Positions 1-8,747 of a DNA stretch of 64,000 bases are shown here, in pieces. Origin of the DNA: Escherichia phage JSE; sequence record EU863408; one strand, given 5' to 3'. A model generated the notes under the pieces. It did no database searches, was not told the origin of the DNA, and saw nothing but the letters and a program-made list of their open reading frames with translations. A program made the position numbers and the translations under genes. Every line of letters starts with the position of its first letter. The stretch's first letter is position 1.

Positions 1-774
1 GTCTTCTTGAAGGTCTTTAATCTTCTGGCGATCTTGCATTATTTCGTCCATCTTGTCAAGTGCTGCGATGAAATCATCGAAACGTTCAAAGGTTTTACCT
101 TCATTTGCTTCGCCAAATTTAACCATTGTCAGGCCGTAACGACTACTAAACAGACGTTTCAACTGTCCAACGATTTTAGAATCAGTGGTTATAACTTCCA
201 ATTCTTCTACTTCACGAAAGAATTTTCTATCAGAATCAATAAACCAGCTAGTTCCCTTATGGTCGCTATCTTCTGTTGCGCTCATTAGAGTATGGTCTTT
301 ACCATCAATTTCAATTACATCAATTTGCCCACATGGACTAACATTTTTAACAGTAAAAGGTCTATAATTTATTGCTCGTGCAATAACATAATTAAGGTTA
401 GATACGTTTTCAGCATAATGGCAGAAGTCTGTCATAGCATTCGCATCTTTCCAAGTATAAGTTTTACCAACTTCCCATTTCTGGGGAACTTCTTCAACTT
501 CACGAAAGAATTTTCTATCAAATGGACTAAAGAAATATGTTGCAGTCCAAATGTCTTTTCCTGTAGCAGTTTTCGCCGTATGATAAACACCGTCTAGCTC
601 TATTGCATCAATCCAACCGTTACCCTCGATCTCGATGATGGTAAATGGCTTGTCACCAATAGCTGCACTAATATCGCTGTTAAGTGGAGAAAGAACACCT
701 TCTCCGTTAGTAATAAACTCAGTTTTAGCGTTTTCGTCTTTCCAGGTGTAAGTTTTACCAATTTCCCATTTCAT
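1..774 (-). CDS. Paralog family A protein, 3' end runs off window start; contains two copies of the KWE(V/I)GKTYTWKD module
   Basis: Minus-strand ATG at 774 with AAGGGGA RBS; translation MKWEIGKTYTWKD..., second PQKWEVGKTYTWKDAN repeat near 440-480; no stop before position 1. Confidence 0.55.
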   Translation of the reverse strand, partial: MKWEIGKTYTWKDENAKTEFITNGEGVLSPLNSDISAAIGDKPFTIIEIEGNGWIDAIELDGVYHTAKTATGKDIWTATYFFSPFDRKFFREVEEVPQKWEVGKTYTWKDANAMTDFCHYAENVSNLNYVIARAINYRPFTVKNVSPCGQIDVIEIDGKDHTLMSATEDSDHKGTSWFIDSDRKFFREVEELEVITTDSKIVGQLKRLFSSRYGLTMVKFGEANEGKTFERFDDFIAALDKMDEIMQDRQKIKDLQED

Positions 775-786
775 AATATATTCCCC

Positions 787-1251
787 TTAACCGATTTTAT
801 CAAGTTCGTTTAATGCTTTCTCTGCTTCCTGTATAGCTTGCACCCTTTCCGGCATTTTGTCAAGAAAATCTTTCAACTCTTCAAAACTGGAGATATGACG
901 CAAGGCGTTAGCACCGATAGCCGCATGTGATTTGCATTCAAAGCGGATTTTATAATTATCCATCGCCAATTTGAGAAGATCAATTAATTTAGATTCTTCT
1001 GGAATAATAATTTCTTCAAATCTGCTACGGTCATGATCCAGAAACCAACAAGATAGACCTACATCGGTTGAACTCATATAAGTTCCATCATGAAGATAAA
1101 CAGACCGCACGTATCCTTTTTTCGCATCAACCGACGCAACTTTAAACGGTAATCTCAGATATTTCAAATAATCAACATCATACCATTTAAAAAATTGGTT
1201 TGCATCTTTTACATCTTTCCACGCATAGGTCTTACCAACTTCCCATTTCAT
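787..1251 (-). CDS. Paralog family A protein (N-terminal MKWEVGKTY, PFKV...DGTY beta module, C-terminal helical region)
   Basis: ORF track 787..1266; start moved to ATG 1251 which follows the stop of the upstream gene; shares motifs with 1..774, 1256..1783 and 6382..9020 genes. Confidence 0.55.
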   Translation of the reverse strand: MKWEVGKTYAWKDVKDANQFFKWYDVDYLKYLRLPFKVASVDAKKGYVRSVYLHDGTYMSSTDVGLSCWFLDHDRSRFEEIIIPEESKLIDLLKLAMDNYKIRFECKSHAAIGANALRHISSFEELKDFLDKMPERVQAIQEAEKALNELDKIG

Positions 1252-1255
1252 AATA

Positions 1256-1783
1256 TCATCTCTCATTTTTGATACGTGATTCTAATTGGATCATACGGTC
1301 GCGCGTTTGCTTGTATTCGCGGATAGCACCGATCCGGCTAGGCATACCATCAAGCACGCTCTTAATACCTTCTAGGGTAGTAATTTTGGCAATGCTATTA
1401 TGTAACCCCATCTTATCGATCAACTGAATGTCGTAGGCTTCCATAAGCAGACCCAGGCGTTCTAAAGTTAGGTCTTCTTCTTTTTCTTCCGATTCTGGAA
1501 TCTTAGGTTCAATAGTAACTTCGGTAAAGAAACGACGCTCACCCGACCAAAACCACACACCGGAACAGCCAATAGGGGATTCTTTTAACGTCATAGAGTC
1601 GAAATTACTACCAATAATAGTAATTTCTCTAACATCACCATCATCGTCAAGGTCTTCTACCCTAAACGGGCGACCAGCCAACAAGTCCACAATACATCTG
1701 TTAATAGACGACGAAAATTTAGTCAGTTCGGCTTTCGACGCTTCGCATTCAATCTTGTAAGTTTTACCAACTTCCCATTCCAT
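1256..1783 (-). CDS. Paralog family A protein (MEWEVGKTY N-terminus)
   Basis: ORF track 1256..1792 begins at GTG; ATG at 1783 preceded by GAGGTGA RBS. Confidence 0.55.
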   Translation of the reverse strand: MEWEVGKTYKIECEASKAELTKFSSSINRCIVDLLAGRPFRVEDLDDDGDVREITIIGSNFDSMTLKESPIGCSGVWFWSGERRFFTEVTIEPKIPESEEKEEDLTLERLGLLMEAYDIQLIDKMGLHNSIAKITTLEGIKSVLDGMPSRIGAIREYKQTRDRMIQLESRIKNER

Positions 1784-1793
1784 AATAATCACC

Positions 1794-2297
1794 TCAAATA
1801 ATTTTCACTGGAATACTATTAACAATCTTGTATTGTACTTGATTGTCAGACCCCCGCCACGGCTTCTTCGTTGGCATATCTTTAATATAACGCCCATCGA
1901 TGAACATGTCAACTGATTCTACAATTTTTCTTTGCTCATCATTCAATTGGTCAAGGGTATAACCGGACCATAGCCAAATATCTTTATTTGGCATCCATGA
2001 TTTTACTTCATCGATGATCCGCTGTACACCCTTTAAATTGCGTTTATACAACGGATCACCACCTAAGAATGTTAGCCCCTGAATAAAATCAGGTCTAAGC
2101 AGATCCAGAATCAATCCCATTGTATCATCGGTGAATGGTTCCCCGTTCTTAGGATTGAGTAGGCTAGCATTAAAGCAACCATCACATGCGTGTGAACATC
2201 CGGTAACGTAAAGGGAGACTCTCACTCCCTCACCGTTAACCATATCACAATCTTTAATATCGGCATAGCGTAGTTTGCCGTATGTATCAGAACTCAT
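1794..2297 (-). CDS. nrdG: Anaerobic ribonucleotide reductase activating protein NrdG (radical SAM-type activase)
   Basis: GCSHACDGCFN cysteine cluster and GGDPL motif as in T4 NrdG; ~167 aa; directly downstream of nrdD as in T4. Confidence 0.85.
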   Translation of the reverse strand: MSSDTYGKLRYADIKDCDMVNGEGVRVSLYVTGCSHACDGCFNASLLNPKNGEPFTDDTMGLILDLLRPDFIQGLTFLGGDPLYKRNLKGVQRIIDEVKSWMPNKDIWLWSGYTLDQLNDEQRKIVESVDMFIDGRYIKDMPTKKPWRGSDNQVQYKIVNSIPVKII

Positions 2298-2439
2298 ATT
2301 CAATTACCCCGAACTCGTTTACAATCTGCGCTTTATAGTAACCACCGCGAGATGCTAATAGATAAGCTGGGCTTAGGTATTCGTATTCACGGATTTCTAC
2401 TTGTGCGTTTTCAGTTTCCCAAATCAGTAAAGTCCACAT
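2287..2439 (-). CDS. Small hypothetical protein (~50 aa)
   Basis: ATG at 2439 preceded by CAGGAGAATCAAAT leader and promoter cassette; longer ORF-track start runs through the promoter. Confidence 0.4.
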   Translation of the reverse strand: MWTLLIWETENAQVEIREYEYLSPAYLLASRGGYYKAQIVNEFGVIEYEF

Positions 2440-2481
2440 ATTTGATTCTCCTGTAAAGTTGTATCTCGTCTTGATGAATAT

Positions 2482-2510
2482 AGTATAGGGGATCTCGCGA
2501 TCCCCGTCAA
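2482..2510 (-). promoter_or_regulatory. Sigma70-like early promoter cassette (TTGACG-17-TATACT) with palindromic GC-rich spacer GGGGATCGCGAGATCCC
   Basis: Read on minus strand; followed by conserved leader and GGAGAATCAAAT-ATG. Confidence 0.6.
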
Positions 2511-2514
2511 GCAT

Positions 2515-3063
2515 TTATTTAAATTTTTCGAGAGATTTCAACCACAGGCGGCCTGGTAGGTACTCTCCGGCAAACATGAAATTGTCATCTGGATAAGAAC
2601 GCAGCATATTCAAAATAAACTTCCGGCACTCTTCGTAATCTTTACGTTTAAGATAAATCACATTCTCGCCAGTACCGATCACACCTTTTCTGTATCCATG
2701 CTCTTTACGCACAGACCATTGTACAGTATCTTTTTTAACCCGAATCACAACAGGTTCCCAATACCCAGCGCATCCGGCTACACCACACGAACAGGTGAGG
2801 AAGTATTGACCTTTTGCTTTGTTTTCCTCCCACCCGATATTAACCGGATGCCATTCGTGAAACAAGGCTAAAGCATCGTGTGTCTCTTCGATCTGTTTAT
2901 TGTCAATTCTTACCGTAACCATCCATACAGGGATCTTATTTGTTGGTTCATCATCATAACATGAATCATCATCAATATGTTCTAATGTCATGTCAACATT
3001 AATTGATTTTGCGTGTTCCATGTGTCGTTGTGCTTTACGCTTACGATTCAATAATTTAGACAT
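2515..3063 (-). CDS. Hypothetical protein (183 aa, cysteine-containing CSCGVAGCAGYWEP segment)
   Basis: ORF with GAGGTG RBS before ATG at 3063; no recognisable family. Confidence 0.5.
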   Translation of the reverse strand: MSKLLNRKRKAQRHMEHAKSINVDMTLEHIDDDSCYDDEPTNKIPVWMVTVRIDNKQIEETHDALALFHEWHPVNIGWEENKAKGQYFLTCSCGVAGCAGYWEPVVIRVKKDTVQWSVRKEHGYRKGVIGTGENVIYLKRKDYEECRKFILNMLRSYPDDNFMFAGEYLPGRLWLKSLEKFK

Positions 3064-3075
3064 ATTCACCTCACA

Positions 3076-3612
3076 TTATAAACGAAATTGTACGCCATCA
3101 AAATGAGAACTTGCATTACAGCTATTATAGATAATAAATCCTGTATCTGGCGCTTGTACTACAAATTGACTTGCATTAACAGCGGCAACAGTAAAAATAC
3201 GATCCGTGAGACTATGTTTAATTTCTGTCCCAACTTCCAATGGGATGTACTCTTCCTCTTCGACCCCAACACCAAAACAGCCTTCTTCATGGTACGCCTG
3301 AATCTTTTTATCACAATTACACAGTTTAGCAAAATCAAGCGTATACAATTCACGAGAGTTGTCGGTATAAACCAACACAGATTGATTATGATAGCGAATC
3401 ACATACAGGTTATTATCTTCGTCAACGACACAAAAACTACGGATTTGTGTGCCTTCGCCTTTACTCCAGCAGATATTAACAACCGTTCCCATAATAAAGA
3501 AACTTTCTTTTGTACCAAAGCTAGCCAGTGTGCTAGCGTGCATTTTAACAACTACACCATCACCAATTTCTAACTTGCGAATTTTAATTTCTTTATTCAA
3601 TATACAAAACAT
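3076..3612 (-). CDS. Hypothetical protein (178 aa)
   Basis: ATG at 3612 downstream of TTGACA-16-TATAAT promoter and AGAGAGGA RBS. Confidence 0.5.
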   Translation of the reverse strand: MFCILNKEIKIRKLEIGDGVVVKMHASTLASFGTKESFFIMGTVVNICWSKGEGTQIRSFCVVDEDNNLYVIRYHNQSVLVYTDNSRELYTLDFAKLCNCDKKIQAYHEEGCFGVGVEEEEYIPLEVGTEIKHSLTDRIFTVAAVNASQFVVQAPDTGFIIYNSCNASSHFDGVQFRL

Positions 3613-3643
3613 AATGTTGTCCTCTCTTGTTTTCGATGTGAGC

Positions 3644-3671
3644 ATTATACACGAGCTAATCCGGTTGTCAA
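3644..3671 (-). promoter_or_regulatory. Sigma70-like early promoter TTGACA-16-TATAAT
   Basis: Minus-strand read of 3644..3671; directly downstream of terminator hairpin. Confidence 0.6.
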
Positions 3672-3682
3672 CACCCCAAAAC

Positions 3683-3710
3683 GAAAAAGCCGACCCTTTC
3701 GGATCGACTA
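3683..3710 (-). terminator. Rho-independent terminator after nrdD (CGAUCC-GAAA-GGGUCG stem-loop followed by U run)
   Basis: GNRA-loop hairpin with G-U wobble followed by GCUUUUUCGUUUU on minus strand. Confidence 0.6.
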
Positions 3711-3714
3711 AAAA

Positions 3715-4707
3715 TTACATGTGCTTAACGCGGTTTACCATCTCGGAGTGTTTCCCGTGGTTAAATGGACGCAGATCAACAGATCCAAGATATCCACTAA
3801 CGCGACGGATAACATTCATCTTTTCCAGATTGTCATTTCCGCAATCAGGGCAAACAAAACCAGACTCGGTCGCTCTCATTTCCTTATTAGATCCGCATAC
3901 ATGACATACATCAGAAGGAGTATTAACACCGAAGTAGTGCAATTTATCCATTGCATAGTCTACTACAGTTTCAAGACCTTTCAGGTTGTTTTTCATGTCT
4001 GGGAACTCAACATAAGAGATCATGCCACCGGACGCCAGCCAGTGATAATCTTTCTCAAAGTCGATTTTCTCAAATGGTGTGACTTTCCGGTCTACGTCAA
4101 GGTGGAATGAGTTGGTGTACCAGTCTTTATCGGTAGCACCCTTAACAATACCAAATTGCTCTCTGTCCAGTCGATTAAATCGATAGCAAAGGCTCTCGGC
4201 TGGCGTACCGTAAAGACTAAACCCAAGTCCGGTTTCGTCCTTCCATTTTTCAGTATAATGACGCAAGATCTTAAGAATATGTTTACCGTATCGCTGCGCA
4301 TCTTCCGAATCAAACGGATGAACACCAAACAGGACGCTCAATACCTCATGTAAACCAATATATCCAAGAGAGATACTAGCGCGACCATCTTTCAGCACTT
4401 CCAAAATTTCATCGTTTTGATGAATACGGAAAAATGCACCTTCTGTATACAGTACAGGAGCAACATTGGCTTTAGCCCCTTTTAAAGCGTCTACGCGACT
4501 CATAAGCGCATCAAAGCAAATAGGCATACGATTAGCTAGCTCTTGTTCGAATAGCTCAATTCTGCGCATTACAGACGCTTTACCAGCACGACGCGCGGCA
4601 ATAAGAGCAATACGCGGAAGATTCAGAGTCACAACACCCAAGTTATTACGTCCGTCTAATACTTCCTCGCCTTTCTCGTTATGCCACACACCCAGGAAAC
4701 TTCTACA
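3715..4707 (-). CDS. nrdD: Anaerobic ribonucleoside-triphosphate reductase NrdD, exon 2 (C-terminal half)
   Basis: Begins CRSFLGVW...; C-terminal RRVSGYLGS glycyl-radical motif and CHVCG...CPDCG zinc site; ORF-track ATG at 4708-4710 reinterpreted as intron 3' end. Confidence 0.8.
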   Translation of the reverse strand, partial: CRSFLGVWHNEKGEEVLDGRNNLGVVTLNLPRIALIAARRAGKASVMRRIELFEQELANRMPICFDALMSRVDALKGAKANVAPVLYTEGAFFRIHQNDEILEVLKDGRASISLGYIGLHEVLSVLFGVHPFDSEDAQRYGKHILKILRHYTEKWKDETGLGFSLYGTPAESLCYRFNRLDREQFGIVKGATDKDWYTNSFHLDVDRKVTPFEKIDFEKDYHWLASGGMISYVEFPDMKNNLKGLETVVDYAMDKLHYFGVNTPSDVCHVCGSNKEMRATESGFVCPDCGNDNLEKMNVIRRVSGYLGSVDLRPFNHGKHSEMVNRVKHM

Positions 4708-5467
4708 CATTATTTGTTCAGGGTAGGTCGCTAATCTACCCCCGCCTTTCGGCTGCTACATGTCGCCATGCAGATCAGACTATATCTTCTATCTTTCGAT
4801 AGTCTACCATTTCGGATCGCTTGATCCTACGCCGCTACATTCATCACGGCTAGTCGTTAGGCATTTCATAGCGGAACTCATATTCATAAGTATTGGTTTT
4901 TCTACCATCAAGAATTGCAGATACATTTTTACGATGCAAGCCCAATGTTTCAGAAAGACTTCTCACGCTTTTAAATGTCTGCTCTTGTCCGGTTTCTTTA
5001 TGGATCGCAGTAACCTTATATGAACGACGTTTGAACTTATAGCACCCGTTTTCGTAACCTTCTTTCGTGTTTTCGCTGTTAGTCCCCCACTCAAGGTTAG
5101 ATGCATCGTTTATAGTTTTATCGTCGTTTTTATGTTTCACATATCGATAGCCGTTAGGATTCGGAATCCAACATTCAGCCACAATAACATGAACACGCAA
5201 ACATAAAGGTTTCTTGTCTCTCCTTACCCTTACTAATGTATATCCGGTATTGTTTTCTATCCAGGTACTCAACTGTTTACCTTTAGGAGAAAACACCCGT
5301 CCATCTTTCGATACCATATATTCGGTATCACGAATTTTTCTAAGTTCCATAATATATCCTCTTATACACATTGGCGTAAAGAGAATATGACCGCTATGTT
5401 TAGCACGGGATTGTCTTCTAGAGAGTTCCCCCGTTTAGGCAGATTTTAGATGAGCTGTTTAAAGTTT
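4708..5467 (-). mobile_element. Group I self-splicing intron (T4 td/nrdD-like core) in nrdD carrying an HNH endonuclease ORF
   Basis: 760 nt between NrdD halves; 5' segment AAUCUGCCUAAACGGGGGAACUCUCUAGAAGACAAUCCCGUGCUAAA and 3' segment with AGAUAUAGUCUG resemble T4 group I intron core; exon 1 ends in U, intron ends in G. Confidence 0.75.
4850..5350 (-). CDS. Intron-encoded HNH homing endonuclease (166 aa)
   Basis: HVIVAECWIPNPNGYRYVKHKNDDKTINDASNLEWGT HNH motif; ATG 5350 with AAGAGGA RBS; located inside intron. Confidence 0.8.
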   Translation of the reverse strand: MELRKIRDTEYMVSKDGRVFSPKGKQLSTWIENNTGYTLVRVRRDKKPLCLRVHVIVAECWIPNPNGYRYVKHKNDDKTINDASNLEWGTNSENTKEGYENGCYKFKRRSYKVTAIHKETGQEQTFKSVRSLSETLGLHRKNVSAILDGRKTNTYEYEFRYEMPND

Positions 5468-6337
5468 ACCCATCGGGCTAACCGGAACACTAGATCCAGT
5501 GATGCTACGGTTATTCTTCGCAGAGATATAATCAGGGTAAAGACGCTTACTAGAACATTCCAATGCAAGTTGCTTAATGTCGTAGTTCGGATCTTCCGGT
5601 TTAAGGTTTAATCCTTCTTCTAAGAACATCACCAGCTTAGGAAACACCGGAGTTATACCGTCTTTACCTAAACCTTTAGTTCGAACTTTCAGGATCGCTT
5701 TCTGAATCAGTTTTTCTTCCCAGCTAGTACCCATACCAAAGGTTAAAGTCACAAAAGGTGTTTGACCGTTGGTAGAGAACAAAGTGTTGATCTCATATTC
5801 CAACGCCTGATATCCGTCTAACGTTTCTTTTTCTGTTTTCTCTTGTGCATAGAGAGTATCAGCTTTGATTCCGTAGGTTTCGGCATCAGCAAGGTGTTTA
5901 TGATATGTTTTCTTAACATACGGCGCTAACACCTGGTCGATGTTTGCAATTGTGGTCCCGCCATATTGATGACTTGCCACCTGTGCGATAATTTGAGCGG
6001 TTACAGCACATGCAACACCGATCGATTTAGGACTTTCGATTTGTGCGCTACCCAATTTAAAACCATTCTCTAACATGTCTTTGAGATTAACAAGACAGCA
6101 GTTAGTAAACGGCATAGCTGGTGCATAATCCATATCATGATAATGAATATCACCGTCTACATGCGCTTTATAGATGTGCTCAGGTAACACGGTTTTAGCA
6201 ATATGTTTAGACACAGCGCCAGCAATCAGATCTCGACGTGTCGGGAATGTTCGCGCGTCTTTGTTCGCGTTCTCTTTGCTTACTTCGTTTTCTTTACCCG
6301 TTGCGATCTCTGTAATGTCTTTGATTAGTTTTTCCAT
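5468..6337 (-). CDS. nrdD: Anaerobic ribonucleoside-triphosphate reductase NrdD, exon 1 (N-terminal 290 aa)
   Basis: ATG 6337 with AGGTGA RBS; ends ...VPVSPMG; ORF-track stop 5459-5461 lies inside the intron. Confidence 0.8.
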
Positions 6338-6348
6338 TGTATCACCTA

Positions 6349-6371
6349 TGAAAAAGCGGGATTTCTCCCGC
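6349..6371 (-). terminator. Terminator-like hairpin (GCGGGA-GAAA-UCCCGC + UUUUUC) 12 nt upstream of the nrdD start codon
   Basis: Perfect 6 bp GC stem, U run overlaps nrdD RBS region. Confidence 0.5.
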
Positions 6372-6381
6372 TCGTTGATAG

Positions 6382-6876
6382 TTATTTTACCAGTTCTGCT
6401 AATTCTTTTTCTTTAGCTTCTAGTTCAGCTTTAAGCTGTTTAATCTCTTGTCGCTTCTTATTAGCGGCTTCCTGCTTACTATTTCGGATAACCTGATCTA
6501 GATACAACTCCCAATCCTGAATATTTTTGATAATGTATCCGTCAACATTAATTGGTCGGAGATTCAGTACAGCTTCCAGTTTAGTTGCAAAAACTTTAAT
6601 TGCTGGGGTGAAGTATTCATATTCGTTATCTTCAAACCAATAACCTAGACTTGCATTCTCAATACGAAGATGAAGTTTAAGATCAAGGTCTTTATCATCG
6701 GTATATAGGTCTTTTACACACCCCATAGAATTAACAACAACTTTAAAACGAATTTTATCTACACCACCAAAAACATCTTCAAGAATATCAGCAATTGAGC
6801 TATTAGCGCAAGATTGGTCGCTGAATGCGTCAAGGTTTTCTTTAGTTACAGTATACCAAACATCTTGTACCCACAT
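6382..6876 (-). CDS. Paralog family A protein (164 aa) with C-terminal coiled-coil
   Basis: ATG 6876 after promoter cassette; IRFKVVVNSMGCV and RPINVDGYIIKN modules. Confidence 0.5.
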   Translation of the reverse strand: MWVQDVWYTVTKENLDAFSDQSCANSSIADILEDVFGGVDKIRFKVVVNSMGCVKDLYTDDKDLDLKLHLRIENASLGYWFEDNEYEYFTPAIKVFATKLEAVLNLRPINVDGYIIKNIQDWELYLDQVIRNSKQEAANKKRQEIKQLKAELEAKEKELAELVK

Positions 6877-6906
6877 AATATAATCCTCTCGTTGTTAAGT
6901 GGGAGT

Positions 6907-6934
6907 ATTATAGCATACTCCCTTCGCATGTCAA
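6907..6934 (-). promoter_or_regulatory. Early promoter cassette TTGACA-16-TATAAT; -10 sits in loop of GGGAGTA/TACTCCC palindrome
   Basis: Minus-strand read; leader ...GAGAGGATTATATT-ATG. Confidence 0.6.
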
Positions 6935-8109
6935 GCACTAACTTTTTTCTTTACTGCTTTCACCTTCTGGCGAATTACTCGAATCTCTTCGATCTCTTTT
7001 TCAGTCTCTTTAACAATTTCTTTGCGATTCTGAATATCTGTATCGAGATTATCATCAAGTTTAGGCAGCATGTCAATCAAGAACTTTTTAAAGTCTTTCA
7101 GGTTTCGGATAACAGCACCTTCACCCATTACCGCCACACCAACACCATCCGGCAGATCACCAAACAGTTTAACCAGTTCAGACAGATGATCATGGTCTTC
7201 TAATGCTTCCTCCGGTTCAGATGGCAGTTCAACAAAGTTATAACGTTCATCATTGCTGATCAAGTGATACCAGCAAAGCCCGAAAGATTTCGGTGTATAT
7301 TCTACACCATCAATTTCAACCGCGTCAACACTTCCATAATCATCTACTTTAGTTACCTTAAATCCTTGTCCCAGCTTTTGAACAATTTCAACAACATGAC
7401 TTGATACAGTTTCAGCGGTAAACCAATATGGCAAATTATGCTGATTTGGCTTGTAGCGTTCACCTACTTTAAATCTCTGACCATCCGCTTGCATAGCATG
7501 AAATTGTTGTTTCGTGATTTCCGCGAAGTATTCAAATTCGCCACCATCAAACACACAAGCCCATTGATCACAAAAACGATCTGCCTTAACAGTTTCACCT
7601 TTCGCGGTGATCATGGTAGCTGATCCGTGCAATTCTTCTTCAACTAAAAAGCCATATTCGACAAAATCAACAAGTTTCATAGCTTCTTTGTGATCTGGAT
7701 CATGCTCTCCCCAGAATCGCTTAAATTCTTGCAAACCTTCTGGTGTAAACGAATAACATTTACCTTTTTCAAAGTAAGTCGGCATTGCATCCTCTTTCTT
7801 GTTCATCGCTTCGTATGCCTCTTTTGAGATGCGTTTAAAGTATTTACGCTCATCGTGCATAATCATAGTAGCCCAATAATAAACGATATCCTCAGCGGAA
7901 TAAACTACATCTCCAGCTTCAATAGTAATAACATGACCGTTGTCATCTTTTTCTAATACTTTAAAGCCCTTTTCGACGATTTCAGCAACCCGAATATGAC
8001 CACGGCGCGAAGCATCGGTCAGAATAATTGAATAGCGAGAAAAGTCTAGAAACTCATCTTTACCACCTTCACGGAATGCATAGTAATGACCTTCAAAGAA
8101 TTTAGCCAT
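6931..8109 (-). CDS. Paralog family A protein (392 aa) with duplicated GFKV...ERKYFKRI module
   Basis: ATG 8109; motifs EKGFKVLEKDDNGHV...ERKYFKRISK and GQGFKVTKVDDYGSV. Confidence 0.55.
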   Translation of the reverse strand: MAKFFEGHYYAFREGGKDEFLDFSRYSIILTDASRRGHIRVAEIVEKGFKVLEKDDNGHVITIEAGDVVYSAEDIVYYWATMIMHDERKYFKRISKEAYEAMNKKEDAMPTYFEKGKCYSFTPEGLQEFKRFWGEHDPDHKEAMKLVDFVEYGFLVEEELHGSATMITAKGETVKADRFCDQWACVFDGGEFEYFAEITKQQFHAMQADGQRFKVGERYKPNQHNLPYWFTAETVSSHVVEIVQKLGQGFKVTKVDDYGSVDAVEIDGVEYTPKSFGLCWYHLISNDERYNFVELPSEPEEALEDHDHLSELVKLFGDLPDGVGVAVMGEGAVIRNLKDFKKFLIDMLPKLDDNLDTDIQNRKEIVKETEKEIEEIRVIRQKVKAVKKKVSA

Positions 8110-8140
8110 AATATAATCCTCTCGTTGTTTAAATGGGAGT

Positions 8141-8169
8141 ATCTTACTACTCCCGTTTCATCATGTCAA
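8141..8169 (-). promoter_or_regulatory. Early promoter cassette TTGACA-17-TAAGAT within GGGAGTA/TACTCCC palindrome
   Basis: Minus-strand read. Confidence 0.6.
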
Positions 8170-8172
8170 GCG

Positions 8173-8733
8173 TTAAATGACTTTTTGGATCTCTTTCAGT
8201 TCAGCTACTTTATCGGCGCTGAATTTAGCGTAGGTATCATGTCGAATAATTTCACTTTCAAGAAAGGTTTCCAGCCGAGATCTATTTTCAATAAGGAACT
8301 CTTTCAGGTCTTCCGCGTTCTTGATAAAGATTTTATTGTCAGTAATGTCATCTTCAATCGCAAAGGAGATAGAGCGAACTTTACCAAACAAGTTAATCAG
8401 ATCTTCCAGCGATTCTTCTTTCTTAACTGGTTTCATTTCTTCAAACTGCTTTTTAGTGATGCGTTTAAAGTATTTGCGCTCGCTTGCATCAATCATGATT
8501 GACGCACCCTCATAATCATGAGTTTCTACCAAATACACTTTACCCATAACATTAACCGTAAGAACTTTAAAGCCCCTGTGAAGCACACCATACAGGAACT
8601 TGTTATGTTGTGGATAGCGTTTAACAAATTCCTCTGCGGACTCAGCATTACGGAAAGTGTAATAACGACCTCGTTCAAAAACAGCATCATTTGAAGACTT
8701 AGCTGGATACAATTTATACGTTTTCTGTACCAT
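8173..8733 (-). CDS. Paralog family A protein (186 aa)
   Basis: ATG 8733 with GAGGATT RBS; HRGFKVLTVNVMGKV...ERKYFKRITK module. Confidence 0.55.
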   Translation of the reverse strand: MVQKTYKLYPAKSSNDAVFERGRYYTFRNAESAEEFVKRYPQHNKFLYGVLHRGFKVLTVNVMGKVYLVETHDYEGASIMIDASERKYFKRITKKQFEEMKPVKKEESLEDLINLFGKVRSISFAIEDDITDNKIFIKNAEDLKEFLIENRSRLETFLESEIIRHDTYAKFSADKVAELKEIQKVI

Positions 8734-8747
8734 AATATAATCCTCTA

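Noticed and set aside
7-597. Plus-strand ORFs 7..288, 185..367 and 292..597
   Set aside because: They lie antisense to a well-supported minus-strand gene with RBS and a repeated protein motif; no RBS, low-complexity translations; treated as shadow ORFs
3088-3573. Plus-strand 161-aa ORF antisense to gene 3076..3612
   Set aside because: Entirely embedded in the opposite strand of a promoter/RBS-supported minus-strand gene; no start context; likely spurious
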